A DNA stretch of 64,000 bases. Source: Syntrophales bacterium. GTDB taxonomy: Bacteria; Desulfobacterota; Syntrophia; Syntrophales; PHBD01. A program made the position numbers and the translations under genes. The notes below the pieces were generated by a model. It was not told the DNA's origin. It ran no database searches and worked only from the letters and a program-made list of their open reading frames with translations. Position 1 is the stretch's first letter, and the number at the start of each line of letters is the position of its first letter. Location of the stretch: contig OY764159.1 of NCBI GenBank assembly GCA_963668175.1, positions 704,001 to 768,000 of the forward strand, read 5' to 3'. Positions 1 through 8,483 of the stretch are shown here, piece by piece.

Positions 1-179
1 TTCTTGTTGAAAATGGGGATAAGGACATCCAGTAGTCCCGTATCCTGAGTGCTCGTAGTCGTCGCCAGAATGATATTCTTTTCCCCACCCGCAGCCGCAA
101 ACGATGATACCGTACAAGGAAACCACATCGAAAATACGGCCAGTAAAATAAAGACGGATACTAAAAAGCGCTTCGTCAT
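1..179 (-). CDS. tupA: Tungstate ABC transporter substrate-binding protein, N-terminal part (truncated by window edge)
   Basis: Not in ORF track. Minus-strand ATG at 179 after AGGAGG translates to MTKRFLVSVFILLAVFSMWFPCTVSSFAAAGGEKNIILATTTSTQDTGLLDVLIPIF: signal peptide plus the TupA signature ATTTSTxDxGLL. Confidence 0.85.
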   Translation of the reverse strand, partial: MTKRFLVSVFILLAVFSMWFPCTVSSFAAAGGEKNIILATTTSTQDTGLLDVLIPIFNK

Positions 180-395
180 ATCGGATGCACCTCCTGTTTG
201 TGTCGAATGTTGCTTCCTGCCTCTCATTTTCGCGATCATCCTCAGGTCCGTATCAGGAACGTACGGTTGATTACGGGTCCCTTTTCTCCATCCCGTCAAT
301 AGGTTATCTATATAAGAAGCGGTCTAAAATAACAACGGAAATCTATGTCTGTATGACACGGTATGCACTGCAAGGTCGAAGGTGACCCTTTCGCG

Positions 396-425
396 TTGAC
401 AGAAGGGCCCATTTCCCTGTAGCAT
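396..425 (+). promoter_or_regulatory. Candidate sigma-70 promoter for the 5'-nucleotidase
   Basis: TTGACA (396-401), 18-nt spacer ending in TG, TAGCAT (420-425). Confidence 0.45.
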
Positions 426-556
426 CTCTTATGACGGCCCTTTATGGAGGAGCCTGCTTCCCGTTCTGCAGCCGTCATCGGAACTGTCCTGGCCGTGATC
501 TTCAGCAGGAACCGGCAAGTTCAACCCAAGTACTATCCGTGTATCGCGCAGACGCC

Positions 557-2071
557 ATGACGAAAATACGGAAAATTTTCCTTATAGTTCTTCTTTTCAG
601 CGCCGTCTGTCCGTTATGGCAGGGTATTGCCGGGGCGTCGCCTCCCGTTCGCCTGACTATCCTCCACGTCAACGATTTTCATGGACATCTCCTGCCGTTT
701 GTCGAAAAAGCCATTAGGAATGAACCTGTCGGCGGCGCAGCTTCCTTGGCGGCAGCGATTACGGCGAAAAGGACCCGGAACCCGGACGGGACCCTGCTTC
801 TATCGGCTGGCGACATGTTCCAGGGAGCGCCCGTATCGGACCTTTTCCGCGGGCAACCGGTTCTGGAGATGATGAATGCATCCCGTTTCGATGCCATGGC
901 CCTCGGCAATCATGAGTTCGACTGGGGCCTGGATGTTTTAGACCGGTTGAGGGCAAGCGCCGCATTCCCTTTCCTGGCTGCAAATATTGTCGATTCAAGA
1001 GGAAAATATCTTCCGGGAGTCCAACCTTACGCCCTGTTTCAAAGAAAAGGAATCAAGATTGCCGTCATCGGCTTGACCACAACAGGAACGCCCTATGCAA
1101 CAAAACCGGACAACGTCAAGGGCCTTACGTTCATCGAACCGGCAGCGGTCTTACCGACGATCATGGCTGACGCGAAGGCGAATGGCGCCGGATTCTTCAT
1201 CGTCTTGTCCCACCTGGGCTTCGATAAAGACCGCGAGCTCGCACGACAGGTTCCCGGCATCCATATCATCGTCGGCGGTCACAGCCATACGATCCTCCCC
1301 AATCCGGTTATCGCCGGAGAAACACTCATCGTCCAGGCGGGCTATTACGGCATATACCTCGGGGCCCTGGATCTCGATATCGATCCGCTGAGCGGCAGGA
1401 TTGTCAACTATCCCCGAAAGGGCGTTCTGCAACTCATCGTACCGAACGATGCGGCGAACCGGACGCCGGTTTTTGTCGAAAAATACGACAAGCTGGTGCG
1501 GGCCGAATTCAATCGCATCGTGGGCCGCGCCGCAGTCGATCTGGTCAGAGCCGATGCCGGCGAGTCCAATATCGGCAATATGATAAGTGATGCCATCAGA
1601 GAAAGCACGGGCGCCGATGTGGCGTTTATGAACGGCGGCGGCATCCGGGCCGATATCCCTGCCGGCGAGATCACGATGGAACAGGTCTATACGATGGAGC
1701 CTTTTGACAATATCGTCGTTGCCATGGATTTGACGGGAAGACAGCTCGTGGACATCCTTGAAGAGAGCGCATCGGGGAGGCACCGCCTCATGCAGATGTC
1801 AGGATTGACGGTTCGCTACGACGCGGCAAGGCCGTCGGGTAAGCGCGTCGTCGCCGCGGCCGTTGCGGGCAGACCGATTGTCCATGACCGGGTTTACCGG
1901 GTGGCGGCCCACGATTTTCTTGCCGCCGGCGGAGATCAATATGTGACATTCCTTCACGGTAAGCGCGTGGCATACGGAGATTCCCTGCGGGATGTCATTC
2001 TTGCTTACATGAAACATCATGCGCCCGTTTCGCCCAAGATCGAAGGGCGGATTACCATTACAGGCCGATGA
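557..2071 (+). CDS. Secreted bifunctional metallophosphatase/5'-nucleotidase (UshA-like)
   Basis: Motifs HVNDFHG, AGDMFQG, LGNHEFD, LSHLG, GGHSH and C-terminal NGGGIRA. A signal peptide follows the ATG at 557, so the upstream ORF extension is probably not translated. Confidence 0.9.
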   Translation: MTKIRKIFLIVLLFSAVCPLWQGIAGASPPVRLTILHVNDFHGHLLPFVEKAIRNEPVGGAASLAAAITAKRTRNPDGTLLLSAGDMFQGAPVSDLFRGQPVLEMMNASRFDAMALGNHEFDWGLDVLDRLRASAAFPFLAANIVDSRGKYLPGVQPYALFQRKGIKIAVIGLTTTGTPYATKPDNVKGLTFIEPAAVLPTIMADAKANGAGFFIVLSHLGFDKDRELARQVPGIHIIVGGHSHTILPNPVIAGETLIVQAGYYGIYLGALDLDIDPLSGRIVNYPRKGVLQLIVPNDAANRTPVFVEKYDKLVRAEFNRIVGRAAVDLVRADAGESNIGNMISDAIRESTGADVAFMNGGGIRADIPAGEITMEQVYTMEPFDNIVVAMDLTGRQLVDILEESASGRHRLMQMSGLTVRYDAARPSGKRVVAAAVAGRPIVHDRVYRVAAHDFLAAGGDQYVTFLHGKRVAYGDSLRDVILAYMKHHAPVSPKIEGRITITGR

Positions 2072-2283
2072 AGACGTACATAACCGTATCGGTAAACAAG
2101 GAACAGATCCGTATCCACCGGGGGATGACGGTCAAACATGCCCTCATCGCCTGCGACCAGGCCCTGTATGAGGCGGCGATGAAAGGGGATATCTCGCTGG
2201 AAGATGCCCGCGGTTTTCAAATCGGCCTGGACGGCGGGCTTGAAGACGGAGCGGAAATCGTCGCCCGATTTTGGTCCCGGTGA
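2068..2283 (+). CDS. Small hypothetical protein, possible beta-grasp (ThiS/MoaD-like) fold without C-terminal GG
   Basis: ATGA overlap with the nucleotidase stop; pattern ITVSVN..G.TV..AL...LEDGAEIV. Confidence 0.6.
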   Translation: MKTYITVSVNKEQIRIHRGMTVKHALIACDQALYEAAMKGDISLEDARGFQIGLDGGLEDGAEIVARFWSR

Positions 2284-2541
2284 TCCAACGTAAAGCCCGA
2301 GATTGGAGGTCGCCGCCCGGGCTCTGTGAACAACCGCCTGCCTTCACCTGGCAGGTCGGCCCGTCATGGTTCCTTTGACGCTGCAATTCTTCTCCATCAG
2401 GTCCTTGTGCAGGATAGGCAGGATTGTTATAATAAAGCATGAAAAGGAAGCGGTCTGTGAAAAATTTCCATGTACCATAGTAGTATGTAACGGCTGCATG
2501 GCGATCCTTTTGCAGACCGGTTCAGGGAGGCGAACCGCAGC

Positions 2542-5214
2542 ATGAGCGATTTGGGAAGGATGTTCAATCCGTCGTCGATTGCCCTGATCGGGGCAACGGA
2601 GGCTGAAGGTACCGTCGGCAGAAGAATACTGGAAAACCTCCTCCTGTCGGAAAAGCGCAAGATATTTCCCGTTAACCCCAACAGGAAAGAGGTGTTGGGA
2701 ATCCCATGTTATGCGCGGATGAGGGATGTTCCCGTCCATGTCGATCTGGCGATCGTTGCGGTTCCTCTCGATTCGCTGGCTTCCGTGACCGAAGAATGCG
2801 CCAAATCGCAGGCCGGCGGCGTTGTGATCACTTCGTCCCTGAACGGAACATCCGATCGGATGGACGGTTCGCTGGAAAGAATCCTCCTCGGCATCCGCCG
2901 GGAATACGGCATGCGCATACTCGGTCCGGAATGTCTCGGTTTCATCCGGCCCCACACGGGCCTGAACACGACACCGGTGTCCGGCATACCGGATAAGGGC
3001 GAAATTGCCCTGATCACGCAAAGTGTCGCCTTCGGCAAGTCGCTCTTTGACTGGGGTATCAGTTCAAATGTCGGCTTCAGCATGTTCGCATCCCTGGGGA
3101 TGGCTATGGATGTCGGTTTCGGGGATATCATCGATTATCTCGGCACGGATCCTCACACGCGCAGCATTATGATTTATATGGAGAGGAATCTGGGCGACGT
3201 GAAGAAATTTTTCGGTGCGGCCCGCGCGTATGCCCGGAACAAGCCGATCGTGATCCTCAAGCCCCAGGAATTTCCCGGGCAGAAGCAGGAAGCCATGTCT
3301 CATACATCCGTTCTGGCCGGGCCCGAAGAGGTGTATGACGCGGTCTTCCGTCGCCTCGGCGTCGTGCGCGTCTGGGAGGTCAAGGATCTTTTCAATACGG
3401 CGGCGGTCCTTTACGCCAAACAACTTCCCAAAGGGCCGAGACTGGCGATCATTACCAATGCCGGCGGGGCCGCCACCATGGCGGCAAACCGGCTGGTGCG
3501 TTCGGGAGGCCAACTGGCCGTACTGTCTCCGGAAACCGTGGCTCGCCTGGACGACGTCCTGCCGGCGCGATGGAATCGACGCAACCCGGTTGATATCTTC
3601 CGTACGGCCGGTGTCGAGCAATATATGGAAGCCGTCAGGGTGTCTCTCGATTCGCCGGACGTCGACGGCATCCTCGTGGTCTATACGCCGCTGAACGGCG
3701 CCCGCTCGGAAGAACTGGCCCATGCCCTGGGGCCTGTCGCCAAAGGAGCCCATAAGCCGATCATTACGACCTGGCTGGGAGGAAAGAATGTCCTGGCCGG
3801 GCGGGAAATCCTGGCCGGTTATAATATCCCGACATACGACACCCCGGAGGATGCCGTCCGGACGTACATCTATATGTACAGCTACGAAAGAAACCTGCAA
3901 CTGCTCTATGAAACGCCTTCGGAATTGCCCCTCAACGAAGCGCCGCCGAAGAATCATCTCAAAAATATGATCCGCAAGGCCTGCAAGGAAGCGGTGCCGA
4001 TCCTCACGGAGGAGGAATCGCGGAAATTTCTGGTCAATTACGGCATACCGACCCTGGAGACGAAAACGGCATCCAGCGCCGAAGAGGCGATCCGTTACGC
4101 CCATGCTATAGGCTATCCCGTGGTGCTCAAGATAGCATCTCCGGACATCATCTATCGGCAGGACGTCGGCGGTGTGATCATGGATGTGAATTCCGACGAT
4201 GTCCTGAAGACGGAATACGATAAAATCCTCAGGCGCGTCAGTCAGTATGCCCCAGATGCGGAAATTCGGGGTGTGTCGATTCAGAAAATGATCGAAGTCA
4301 TCGATTACGAATTGATTCTCGGGGCGCGGAAGGATCAGCTTTTCGGCTCCGTCATCCTGTTCGGGATGGGCGGAATCGGCGTTCAGTTGTACCGGGACTT
4401 TGCGATCGGCCTCCCTCCGCTGAACCAGGCGCTGGCGAGGCGCATCATCGAGGATACGGGAGTTTATAAGATGCTCCAGGGCTACCGGGGCAAGGCCCCT
4501 GCCGATCTTCGACAGCTTGAGCAGATCATCGTCAGTTTTTCCAACATGATCGTCGACTTCCCGGAGATTTTCGAGATGGATATCAATCCGATTGCGGTGA
4601 GCAACGGCAAGGCGTTCGCCCTGGGTTCGAGGATCATCCTCGATTCCGCCTGCCGGGATATCGGCGGGTCCTATACGCATCTGGTCATAACACCCTATCC
4701 GACGCGGTATATGTCGCCATGGCGCCTTTCCGACGGGACGGAGATCCTTTTGAGGCCGATCAGGCCGGAGGATGAGCCCTTGGAACATGAAATGTTCATG
4801 ACGCTTTCCGAGGAAAGCCTGCGGGGGCGCTACTATCAATCCGTCAGAAATATCAGCCATATGATGCATGTCCGTTCCTGCAATATTGACTACGACCGCG
4901 TGATGGCCATCGTGGCCGAACTGAGGGAAAACGGCAAACGCAGGCTTATCGGCATAGGCAGTTTCGAAATCGAGCCCGACTTCAAGAAATGCGAATTTGC
5001 CATTATGGTCCACGACGCGTTCCAGGGCAGGGGGCTGGCTTACAAGCTGCTCGACGTTCTGATCGGCATTGCCCGGGAGAAGCGCCTGGAAGAATTCTAC
5101 GGATATATCGAAATGCAGAACAAGAAGATGGTTCAGCTTTGCGAAAAACTCGGCATGATAAGAGAAGCCGGCGACGACGATGAGTTGTACAAGGTCAGGC
5201 TTTTTCTTCATTGA
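2542..5214 (+). CDS. Bifunctional acyl-CoA synthetase (NDP-forming)-like / GNAT protein acetyltransferase (Pat/YfiQ family)
   Basis: CoA-binding N-terminus (FNPSSIALIGAT, FPVNP, ILGPECLG), SHT, TNAGG and NPVD motifs, ATP-grasp (GYPVVLKIASPD, EMDINP), C-terminal GNAT (LRPIRPEDE, FQGRGLA). Confidence 0.9.
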   Translation: MSDLGRMFNPSSIALIGATEAEGTVGRRILENLLLSEKRKIFPVNPNRKEVLGIPCYARMRDVPVHVDLAIVAVPLDSLASVTEECAKSQAGGVVITSSLNGTSDRMDGSLERILLGIRREYGMRILGPECLGFIRPHTGLNTTPVSGIPDKGEIALITQSVAFGKSLFDWGISSNVGFSMFASLGMAMDVGFGDIIDYLGTDPHTRSIMIYMERNLGDVKKFFGAARAYARNKPIVILKPQEFPGQKQEAMSHTSVLAGPEEVYDAVFRRLGVVRVWEVKDLFNTAAVLYAKQLPKGPRLAIITNAGGAATMAANRLVRSGGQLAVLSPETVARLDDVLPARWNRRNPVDIFRTAGVEQYMEAVRVSLDSPDVDGILVVYTPLNGARSEELAHALGPVAKGAHKPIITTWLGGKNVLAGREILAGYNIPTYDTPEDAVRTYIYMYSYERNLQLLYETPSELPLNEAPPKNHLKNMIRKACKEAVPILTEEESRKFLVNYGIPTLETKTASSAEEAIRYAHAIGYPVVLKIASPDIIYRQDVGGVIMDVNSDDVLKTEYDKILRRVSQYAPDAEIRGVSIQKMIEVIDYELILGARKDQLFGSVILFGMGGIGVQLYRDFAIGLPPLNQALARRIIEDTGVYKMLQGYRGKAPADLRQLEQIIVSFSNMIVDFPEIFEMDINPIAVSNGKAFALGSRIILDSACRDIGGSYTHLVITPYPTRYMSPWRLSDGTEILLRPIRPEDEPLEHEMFMTLSEESLRGRYYQSVRNISHMMHVRSCNIDYDRVMAIVAELRENGKRRLIGIGSFEIEPDFKKCEFAIMVHDAFQGRGLAYKLLDVLIGIAREKRLEEFYGYIEMQNKKMVQLCEKLGMIREAGDDDELYKVRLFLH

Positions 5215-5286
5215 TTGCTTCCATCCTCTTTCGCGGAGCCGTAAGCGTTGATCGCAGGTCCCATTAACCCATACAGGAGGTGTGAT

Positions 5287-5751
5287 ATGGCAGAGAAGAA
5301 AGTGATATCCGTCGGGAAAAAAGCGGCCGATTTCGTCCTCAGGGACCAGAATAACAAGGATGTCAAACTCTCCGATTATCGGGGCAAGAAAGTCGTTCTC
5401 TCTTTTCACCCATTGGCCTGGACCCCCGTTTGCGCCGAACAGATGAAGAACCTGGAAAAAAGCAGCAAGGTGTTCGAGAAGCTCAATGCCGTGGCTTTCG
5501 GGATCAGTGTAGACAGCGTTCCCTGCAAAGCTGCCTGGGCCAAGTCCCTGAAGCTTAAAAAGACCCGCCTGCTGGCCGATTTCTGGCCGCATGGGAAGGT
5601 GGCCAAATCCCTGGGCTTGCTTCGTGCCGAGGGCATCTCCGAACGGGCCCATATTATTCTCGATGAAAAGGGACGGGTCATTTATACCAAAGTCTATCCC
5701 ATCCGGCAGCTGCCGCCGATGGACGAGATTATTGCGGCCCTGAAGCCATAG
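5287..5751 (+). CDS. Peroxiredoxin (AhpC/TSA, AhpE-like)
   Basis: FHPLAWTPVC peroxidatic motif, GISVDS, LLADFWPHG, SERA; AGGAGG upstream of ATG 5287. Confidence 0.9.
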   Translation: MAEKKVISVGKKAADFVLRDQNNKDVKLSDYRGKKVVLSFHPLAWTPVCAEQMKNLEKSSKVFEKLNAVAFGISVDSVPCKAAWAKSLKLKKTRLLADFWPHGKVAKSLGLLRAEGISERAHIILDEKGRVIYTKVYPIRQLPPMDEIIAALKP

Positions 5752-5964
5752 GCCGCGTGCGAAGCGGTAGATACTCGCCGGCTGTTTTTCATGGTATCCA
5801 CTTGTTGCGGAGATAGAAAACAGTGCGATTCGTTGCGATTATCATAATCGGGAATAATTCGTGACCGATTATAGGGTATCGTCATTGGCTTTCCGGCCGT
5901 GAATCGGATACGTATCATAAATAATTGCTCATTCCATGGATGAACATGGAAGTGGATAACGTTA

Positions 5965-7143
5965 ATGGATGTGCAGGAAAATCCGGACACCGGGGTCATA
6001 TATTTAGATAACGCCGCGACTTCATGGCCCAAGCCCGAAGCGACGCTTCAGGCCATGGAACGGTATATGCGTTTTACAGGAGGCAGTCCCGGCCGTTCGG
6101 GCCACCGCCTGTCCATTGAGGCCGGAAGGATCGTGTTCGACACCCGGGACGCCCTGGCGGAGTTGTTCGGCATCGCCGACTCTTCCCGGATCGTTTTCAC
6201 GAAGAATGCGACGGAGGCGCTCAATCTGACCATTTCCGGTTTGCTCAATTCAGGCGATCATGTCATCTGTTCCGGGATGGAGCACAATTCGGTCATGAGG
6301 CCGCTCAATGCCATGACCGAACGGGGTGTTGAATATTCCATCGTTCCATGTGCCGGGACCGGCGAACTTGATCCGCAGTTCCTGGCCAAAGCCATTCGGA
6401 AAAACACCCGGGCCGTCTATCTGACCCACGCATCCAATGTCACGGGAGGCATCATGCCGATTGCGGAAGTCGGTGCCGTCGCGCGGGAGCATGGATTGAT
6501 TTTCTGTGTGGATGCGGCCCAAACGGCAGGAGCGCTGCCCATTGACGTCGCAACCATGAATGTCGACTTGCTCGCATTTACGGGACATAAGTCGCTCTTT
6601 GGACCGCCCGGGACGGGCGGTTTGTACATCGGGAAAGATCTTGAGGGACAAATCCGCCCCATACTTCGAGGCGGTACGGGAAGCCGGTCCGAATCGGAAT
6701 ATCAGCCCGATTTTCTTCCCGACAAGTATGAATCGGGGACGCCGAACACCGCCGGGCTGGCCGGGCTGGGTGCCGGCGTCCGGTTTGTACTTACGGAGAC
6801 CGTCGAGAAGATTCGCGCGAAAGAGCTTCAATTGACCTCTTTCTTCCTGGAAGGAATAACTGCAATTTCCGGTATCAGGATATATGGTCCGGGAAGCTTG
6901 GCAGGAAGAATTCCGGTAATATCTTTTGCTTTGGACGGGATGGACCCGGCGCAGGTGGCGCTGATGCTTGACGAAGAGTTCGGTATCATGTCCAGGCCCG
7001 GGCTGCACTGCTCCCCTCAAGCCCATAAAACAATCGGTACTTACCCGACCGGCACCGTCCGGTTCAGTTTCGGGTATTTCAACACGGAAGATCAACTTAT
7101 CAGCGCCCTGGCCGCTTTGGCTCAGATAAGACGCCACCGCTGA
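5965..7143 (+). CDS. Cysteine desulfurase / selenocysteine lyase family (PLP aminotransferase class V)
   Basis: YLDNAATSWPKP, EHNSV, DAAQTAG, FTGHKSLFGPPGTG (PLP Lys), RPGLHCSP catalytic Cys. Confidence 0.9.
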   Translation: MDVQENPDTGVIYLDNAATSWPKPEATLQAMERYMRFTGGSPGRSGHRLSIEAGRIVFDTRDALAELFGIADSSRIVFTKNATEALNLTISGLLNSGDHVICSGMEHNSVMRPLNAMTERGVEYSIVPCAGTGELDPQFLAKAIRKNTRAVYLTHASNVTGGIMPIAEVGAVAREHGLIFCVDAAQTAGALPIDVATMNVDLLAFTGHKSLFGPPGTGGLYIGKDLEGQIRPILRGGTGSRSESEYQPDFLPDKYESGTPNTAGLAGLGAGVRFVLTETVEKIRAKELQLTSFFLEGITAISGIRIYGPGSLAGRIPVISFALDGMDPAQVALMLDEEFGIMSRPGLHCSPQAHKTIGTYPTGTVRFSFGYFNTEDQLISALAALAQIRRHR

Positions 7144-7167
7144 ATCATTGCAATCGGAGGAAATCCT

Positions 7168-7791
7168 ATGATGAGGGAGATGCAGGTTGTCGATGCCCGC
7201 GGTCTTGCCTGCCCGCAACCCGTTATTCTCGCGAAGCAGGCCGTCGAAAAGCACCGGAGTGTCGAGGTGATTGTCGACGATACAATTGCACGGGAAAACA
7301 TCCGGCGCATGGCAAAAAAGCTGGGTTGCACCATCCAGATCGAAGAGAGGGAAAAGGGGATATTCCATATCCTGCTTACCCTCTCCGGCGGAGAGACCTC
7401 GGAAAAGCAGGGGGATATCTCCGCCGAATCCTTCTGTGGTCCGGTCCGGTCCCAAGGAACCCTGGTCGTTGTCTTTTCCGAAAATAAAATGGGAAGGGGA
7501 AATCAGGAACTTGGCGAAGTGTTGGTCAAAGCCTTCATCCATACGTTGAGTGAACAGGAAGAAGTTCCCGATACGATCATTTTCTATAATACCGGCGTGT
7601 TTTTAACGGTGAAGGACGGGGATAGCGTCGCTGATTTGAAGAAAATGGCCGACGCGGGGGCCAATATCCTCGTCTGCGGCACTTGCGCCAATTATTTCAA
7701 TATATCGAAGGATATCGCCGTGGGTGTCATATCCAACATGTACGATATCGCCGAGACCATGTGCCGGGCAGGACGCTTGGTGATGCCGTGA
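7168..7791 (+). CDS. yedF: Sulfurtransferase-like selenium metabolism protein YedF (TusA + DsrE domains)
   Basis: N-terminal VDARGLACPQPV TusA motif; C-terminal MGRGNQELG...FYNTGV...VCGTCANYF...ISNMYDI. Confidence 0.85.
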   Translation: MMREMQVVDARGLACPQPVILAKQAVEKHRSVEVIVDDTIARENIRRMAKKLGCTIQIEEREKGIFHILLTLSGGETSEKQGDISAESFCGPVRSQGTLVVVFSENKMGRGNQELGEVLVKAFIHTLSEQEEVPDTIIFYNTGVFLTVKDGDSVADLKKMADAGANILVCGTCANYFNISKDIAVGVISNMYDIAETMCRAGRLVMP

Positions 7792-8015
7792 TCGATGGTA
7801 AATCATATGGCGTCATTCTGTTCGATTCGGTGCATCATGCCCTGAAAGCGGAGAAGATGCTGAAAAAGAACGATATCGTCTTCAAATTGATTCCCGTCCC
7901 GAAGCACATCAGTTCCGATTGCGGTGTGTGCTTGCGTTTTCTTTTGGAAGACCGGGTATTGATTGAAGACGCCCTTGCCGACAAGGTGGCCTATCGAGAA
8001 ATCAGAGCATTGTAA
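7788..8015 (+). CDS. DUF3343-type putative S/Se carrier protein
   Basis: GTG start overlapping the yedF stop; motif FDSVHHALKAEK...LIPVPKHISSDCG. Confidence 0.8.
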   Translation: MIDGKSYGVILFDSVHHALKAEKMLKKNDIVFKLIPVPKHISSDCGVCLRFLLEDRVLIEDALADKVAYREIRAL

Positions 8016-8192
8016 ATCGCTGTAATGTCTCATGCCAGCCCGACTGCGTGACGAAGCCCATTAACGACAGGATAAGAAAATCATTTCACGCCGAGTTTTT
8101 ATGCCCGGCAGCAAATGGTTTTCGGGACCCGGGCCTCGTCATCGTCCTCATCCGGCCGTCGGGACTCACCTTACGCCTCCTCACCATATTCA

Positions 8193-8221
8193 TTGACAAC
8201 AGGATCAATTTCGCTTAATAT
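8193..8221 (+). promoter_or_regulatory. Candidate sigma-70 promoter for the sensor kinase operon
   Basis: TTGACA-17 nt-TAATAT. Confidence 0.5.
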
Positions 8222-8483
8222 TCAATTACATCACGAGTTCGTTCATATGGTTGATCCGGCGATGATGAATCCTCTTCAAGATGATATGCCATAGAGAATC
8301 CATGTTCACCGCAAGGACCGACCGTGTACGCCGGCTTTTAATTCGGCGTTGCGATTTCTTCCTCCGCATCGGAAAATCCGGCGCAGATATTTCAATCCGG
8401 TGGTTTTTTGAAACAGACGGATGTTGATTCGATTTTCCGGGGGGGGACAGCGAAAGACATCAAGGCCTACGAAGTAAGCGAAA

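Noticed and set aside
180..300. Possible Moco/Tuco riboswitch in the tupA leader
   Set aside because: I could not match the conserved motif elements by eye; an Rfam cmscan would be needed.
49..385. Short plus-strand ORFs 49-270 and 185-385
   Set aside because: They overlap the minus-strand tupA start and its upstream region and have no supporting features.
3064..5652. 862-aa antisense ORF, and similar long antisense ORFs such as 6250-7542, 9006-10634, 11065-12243, 19818-21152, 49243-50406, 52888-53961 and 60074-61183
   Set aside because: They lie opposite well-supported genes, have no recognisable motifs, and are expected shadows of GC-rich codon usage.
5287..8015. Selenocysteine read-through in the peroxiredoxin, YedF or DUF3343 genes
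   Set aside because: Active-site positions are Cys codons and the ORFs appear full length without TGA recoding.
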